Positions 8,701-14,700 of a stretch of 33,540 nucleotides of DNA are shown one piece after another. A program made the position numbers and the translations under genes. Source of the stretch: Lentisphaerota bacterium (GTDB lineage: Bacteria; Verrucomicrobiota; Lentisphaeria; Oligosphaerales; JAFGRS01); the NCBI GenBank assembly GCA_012514865.1, contig JAAYZO010000535.1:1-33540 (forward strand), in the 5' to 3' direction. The notes under the pieces were generated by a model that had not been told where the DNA came from, did not search any database, and saw only the letters and a program-made list of their open reading frames with translations. How positions within the stretch are numbered: position 1 is the first letter of the stretch; each line of letters opens with the position of its first letter.

Positions 8701-11700
8701 CGCTTGAACCAGAGTTCGGCGGTGTAGGTGGTCAGCGAGAGCTCGGCGCGGGCGGCAGCGCGCAGGAGGCTGCCGGGCAGGCCGTCGAAGCGGACGCTGC
8801 GGTTCTTGTACGGATCAAGGGCGTAGTTCGGCAGGGTGCCGCTGAGGAGCTCGACGAGGTCGTCGACGCTGTCATCGTCGGAGTCGGCGGCGTAGGGCTT
8901 GGTGCCATAGACCAGGACCTCGCTGCCATCCGGGATGCCATCGCCATCGGTGTCGGCGGCCATCGGGTTGGTGCCATCGCCGAGGCCCCAGGCCGGGAAG
9001 TCGGCGACGCCATCGCCGTCGGTGTCGACGTCGAAGCCCTCGACCTGGCCGATGCCATCGGCGCCGAGGTACTCGTCGAGGTTGGTGAGCAGATCGCCGT
9101 CGGGGTCATCGGCGTTGCCATAGAGCGCCAGGACGCGGGTACGGAAGGCGGCGTCGGTCTCGCCGGGGTTCTGCGTCAGGCTGCTGCTGAAGTTGGCGAA
9201 TTCCCACCAGTCGGGCAGGTCGTCGTGGTCGACATCGGCGGGCTGGTTCTCATCGCCGACGACGACGGCCCCGGACGGGTAGGCGGCGTGCGGCCAGTTG
9301 AAGAACCAATCCGGGAGGCTGTCGACATTGACCATCGTGGCGGTGAAGTCCTCGATGGAGTGGCTGTCGATGCCGAGGCCGTCGTCGAAGCGCCAGTAGC
9401 CGACCAGGGTGGCCGGGTCGGTGGGGCTGAGGGCGGCCAGGACGAGGGTGCCGGCGGTGTGGGCGGCGATCTGGGCCGGGGTGCGGACGCCCTTCCAGAG
9501 GCGGACCTCGTCGAGGCGAGCGCCGGCCGGGAGGGCCTGCGCGAAGCCGCCGCCGACGGCGTAGCCGGCGCCCATGCTGATCTCTTCGAAGCCGGGGGTG
9601 CCGCGGGTCTTCGGGGCGGTGGCCACCGGCAGCGCGCCGGCGACAGCGCCGTCGACGTAGAGCACGAGGGCGGTGCCGTTGAGGGTGGCGGCGAGGTGGT
9701 GCCAGGCGTCGGCACTGAGGGCCGCCGCGGCGGTGACCTGCCGGCTGGCGCCGGTGCTGTCAGTGAAGCGCGCGGTCGGCCGCCCGGCGTCGAGGCCGAG
9801 TTCGAAGTTGACCGTATCGAGAGGCGCCCCGGCGTCGAGAGCACGCCGCACGACGACACCGCTGGCGGTGCTGTCGGGGATGCTGACGCGGGCCTCGACG
9901 GTCCAGGTGGTGAGCTCGTGGCGGGCCTGGTTGGCGACCACGAAGCGTCCCTCGCCGTTGAAGAGTGCAGCGCGGGCGCGGAACGGATCCAGCGAGTTGA
10001 CCGCGGCGGCGCTGGCGCTGCTCTCGGACTGGTCGCGGACGCCGTCGTCGTCGGTATCGGCGCTGAGCGGGTGGGTGCGGTTGAGGTTCTGTTCGGTGAG
10101 GTTGCTGAGGCCATCGCCGTCCATGTCCTCATCGCCGTCGAGGATGCCATCGCCGTTGGTATCGGCCCGGGTCGGGTCGGTACCGGCGAGGAACTCGTAC
10201 CAGTCGCTGAGGCCGTCGCCGTCGAAGTCCTGGCCATCGAGGCCCTGCGAGACGTTGAGCGAGCCGAAGTAGGTCAGCTCCCAGGCATCGGGCAGGCGGT
10301 CGGGCTCGCCGACGCCGCTGACGACGCCATCGACGACGATGCTGCTGTTCGGGTAGTAGCGACCGGCGTGGCGCCAGTTCTGGTTCCAGTCGGCGACGAC
10401 ATGGAGGTCCTCGCCGGTGACGCCGCCGTCATCGAACTTGAAGTAGGCGACGAGGTTGGACGGGATATCGACCTCCGGACGGCCGGCCGGGTGGGTCGGG
10501 CCGTCATTGACGACGCCGTCGTTGTCGTTGTCCACGGTGTCGGTGAGGTTGGTCTCCGGGGTCGCGTAGGGCCCGGTCAGGTCGTCGGCGACGCCATCGC
10601 CATCGGTGTCGACGCCATCGGCGGACTCATCGACGTCGCCGGGAGACGGCGGCGTGACGATGAGGTCGGTCATGTCGGCGGTGGTGAGGAGGCTATCCCA
10701 GAGGGCGATCTCGTCGAGGTCGCCGACGAAGCGCTGGCAGGTGACGCGCTTGAGGGCATTGGCGCTGGAGTCTTCGGCGAAGCCGACAACCAGGTCGCCC
10801 ATGGCGTCGGTCACCGGCGAGCCGATGGCCACGCCGGTGGTCTGCATGCGGCGGTAGGTATCGCCGTCGGCGACGAAGAGGTTCAGGTCGAAGACGCGCG
10901 CCGTGCCGTCGGACGTATCGGTATTAAGGCGGGCGACGACGAGGGTCCAGGCGTCATCCGGGATCGGGGTGCCGCTGGTGACGCGGACGGTGCGGCCGGT
11001 GACCGGCATGTCGTAGCTGAACTCGACGGTGTTGGTCGCGGTCAGCACCAGGCGGTAGGTGGCGTCGGCGCCGTTGCGGACGGTGCGCCGCAGGATGCCC
11101 TGCGAGACCGCCGAGGCAGCCGGCTTGACCCAGACCGCCAAGGTGAAGCGCGAGGGCGCGGTGGCGGCGCTGTCACTGACCACCATGTACTCCGAGCCGG
11201 TCAGGCGCAGCAGGCGCGGCACCACCGGGCGCAGGGAGTTGGTCGGGTCGGTGCCGAGGACGAAGAGTTCCTCGTAGTCGGTGAGGCCATCGTCGTCGGT
11301 GTCGGCCAGGGCCGGGTGGGTGCCGTAGACCTGCTCCTCGTAGTTCCAGAGGCCGTCGCCGTCCGGATCTTCCTCGCTGTCCGGAGTGCCGTTGCCATCC
11401 GTGTCGAAGATGCCCGGGTGGGTGCCGGCGTAGTACTCGGCGAGGTCGCTGAGGAGGTCGTCATCGGCGTCGCCGGTGCCGTCGTGGCTGAGGTCGCCGA
11501 AGTACTGCAGCTCCCACCAGTCGGCCATGCCGTCGCCGTCGGTATCGGTCCAGCGGTCGGCGTCGAAGGGATCCGTCTCGGTGGGCAGCATCTCGCGCAG
11601 GCGGGCGTCGTTGCGCAGGGTGGCGGCGTTCTCCCAGTCATTGCGCCAGTCGTGGGCCGGCATGGCGAAGTCTTCGACGTGGCCCTCGACCAGCTCGAAG

Positions 11701-14700
11701 GCCTCGCCGTCGAGGTCGTCGTTGCTGCCGGTCCAGGTGCCGTCATCGAAGCGGTAGTAGGCGACGAGGTTCGGCTCGTTGCCGGCCAGGGTCGCGTAGC
11801 GCTCGGCCTCGATCTGCTCGCGCGGGATGGCGATGTCGTAGAGGCGGACGTCGTCGACCAGGCCGCGGAAGCCGTCGGTGCCGAGGCTGCCGACCGAGGT
11901 GACGACCGGGCCGGGGCCGTTGATGGCGCAGGTCGTGCCGATGGCCTGCGAGGCCACCAGGAGGCCATTGCGGTAGAGTCGCAGCGAGGTGGTCGCCGCG
12001 TCGTAGCTGGCGGCCAGGTGCGTCCAGACGCCGCCCATGACGGCGTCGCCGTTGAGGCGGGTGACGACCTTGTCAGCGGCCAGGCTGGCGCCGGTGACGC
12101 GGACCTGCGGCTGGCCGTTGGCGAGGCTCAGCTCCCAGGTGACGTAGTGCTTGCCGGTGGCGGCCTGGATGCCGACCGAGCGGCGCGGGACAACGCCGTT
12201 GATATCGGCGGCGCTGGCGGCCTCGGGGCGCACGTAGGCGGCGATCGTCCAGGACGACAGAGCGAAGCGCCGGTCGGTGGGCATGATCAGGGCCGCGCCA
12301 TCGGCGGTGAGGTCGAGGACGCGCGAGATCTGCGGGCTGAGCGAGTCGGTCGGGTCGGTGCCGCCGATGACCTCGGCGCCGTCCTCGATGCCATCGTCGT
12401 CGGTATCGACGCGGAGCGGATCGGTGAGGCGCGCGAACTCCTGGGCGTTGGTGAGGCCATCGCCATCGAAGTCCTCATCGGCATCCGGCACGGCGTCGTT
12501 GTCGGAGTCGGCGTCGCGCGGGTTGGTCATGAGGGCCTGTTCGTAGTAGTTCTCGAGGCCATCGCGATCCGGGTCATGCGGCAGGCCGTAGTCACGGTGC
12601 GGCAGCTCGCGGGCGAGGGCGTCCTCGGTCCACATGTAGTTCTCGTCCTGGATCCAGGTCGAGGCGGTGACGCCGTGCCAGACGGCGCGCGGGTCGAAGC
12701 GGCTGTCGTCACCGCGGACGATGACCAGCTCGCCGTCAACCTCGAGTTCGGCATCGAACTTGCCGGTGAAGATATCCTGGTTGAAGGTCTCGGCGCTGCC
12801 GTCGACGAGGTTGCTGTAGCGGATGACGCGGGTGTAGGACGAGGTGCGCTCGAAGAACACCGCGATCTGGTTGTTGCCCTGGACGAGGTACGGCGTGATG
12901 TCGACCGTGGCGGCCGGGGCGACGGCAGTGCCGTTGACGTAGAGGTTATCCAGGCTGCAGCCGGGCGACCACATGCGCAGGATGGCCTGCGTGGGCACCT
13001 GGGCCAGGCGGATGTACTTGACGACACGGACGAAGGCGCCGTCTTCGCCGAGGACATCCGACTTGGTCGAGCGGTACTGCAGGTTCTCCAGCCAGGAGAC
13101 ATCGCCGTTGCCGATCGAGGTGTAGGCCGTGAAGCTGCGCATGAAGGCGACGCCGTCGATCTCGCCGGTGTTGTCGTAGACGAAGGTCGGGTCGAGGCGG
13201 AACTTGGCCCACTCGTCGAGCTGGTGGAGCTTGACCCACCACTCGGCCAGGCCGTCGCCGTCGGCGTCGTCGATGCCGCGCACGCGGGCGGCCTGCGCGG
13301 TGGTGACGGGGGCGCGGATGACGTAGGAGCGCTCGCCGAGGTGGGCGAAGTCCTCGACCGTCTCGCCGTTGTCATCGAAGCGGTAGTAGACGCGGAGCAC
13401 GTCGCCGTACTCGTAGTCGGCCAGGTCGATGGTCTCGAGGGTCGGGAAGAGGTGCCGGCGCCAGTACGCGATCTCGTCGGCGGTGCGGACCTGGGCCCAG
13501 ACGCGGACCTCGTCCACGTAGCCGCTGTCGGCATCGCTGGCAACGCCGTCGGTGAAGCCGCGGGCCATGAAGGCCTTGCCGCTGGTGCCGACGCTCGGGT
13601 CGGCGAGGGTCTGCTGCGCCAGCATCAGGATGCCGTCGCGGTAGAGCCGCAGGGTGTTCTCGGCGGGTTCCCAGACGAGGGCCAGGTGGGTCCAGGTCGC
13701 GGGGACCAGCGCCGCGGTGCTGCCGGCGCCGCCGACGCGCACGATGGCGGTGTCGGTGGCGCTGTCGCCCTTACGGAAGATGACGCCCTCGGGGACGCCG
13801 TTGTCGAGCGACAGGCGGTAGCCGACGCGGTTATCGCCCTCGAAGCGGAGGATATCGCCGGTCTGGTCGACGAGGCCGGGGTAGACCCAGGCTTCGACGG
13901 TCCAGCCCTCGTAGCCGAAGGCGAAGCGCTGGCCGAAGGGCAGCATGACGCCGAAGCCCTCGCCATGGCGCAGGGCCATGCTGCGCGGGTCGGCCATGTT
14001 GCTGTGGGCCGGATTCGGGACGCTCATCGGGTGGGTCGGGCTGGTCACCGCTGTGACCTCGGCCTTGTCCTCGGCGCCGTCGTCGTCGGTGTCCTTCAGA
14101 TCCGGGCGGGTGCCGTAGGTCTGTTCCTCGAGGTTGGTGAGGCCGTCGCCATCGGCGTCCTCATGGCCGTCGGGGATGCCATCGCCATCGCTGTCGACGG
14201 CGTAGGGGTTGGTGCCGGACCAGTACTCGTAGATCGAGGTGAGGCCATCGCCGTCGTCATCGAACTGCGAGTCGTCGTACCAGCTCCAGTGGCCATTCTC
14301 GTCTTCCCACCAGTCGGGCATGCCATCGCCGTCGGAGTCGGTCTCGCTGGGCTGGACCGGCGAGGTCGGCGCCTCGACGATCTCGGCCGTGTCGGTGGTG
14401 CTCTCGAGGACGGCGGCGTTGAACCACTCGGTCTTCCAGTCGTCGCGGTTGACGGCGAAGTCCTGGGCGGTGGCGCCGTTATCGTCGAAGATGTAGCTGG
14501 CGACGAGGCCCATCGGGAGGGCGGCCGGGGTCACCACCGGGTCGCTCGGGCGGGCCGTGACGCGGAACGGGCTGTCGTTCGGGATCGCCGTGTCGGTGCT
14601 CTCGGTGTCGCCGAGGAGGACCAGGTCGGCATGGCGCGTCAGGCGCGCCTCGCCGGCGACGGCGGCGCCCACCAGGCTCGGCTCCACCGGGCTGACCGCC

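Noticed and set aside
12700-12720. The conserved RGD tripeptide (VIVRGD) in two jelly-roll copies as an integrin-binding motif.
   Set aside because: A tripeptide is expected by chance in a protein of over 10,000 aa. Its conservation is explained by the paralogy of the two blocks. It is noted only as a curiosity under the super-repeat finding.
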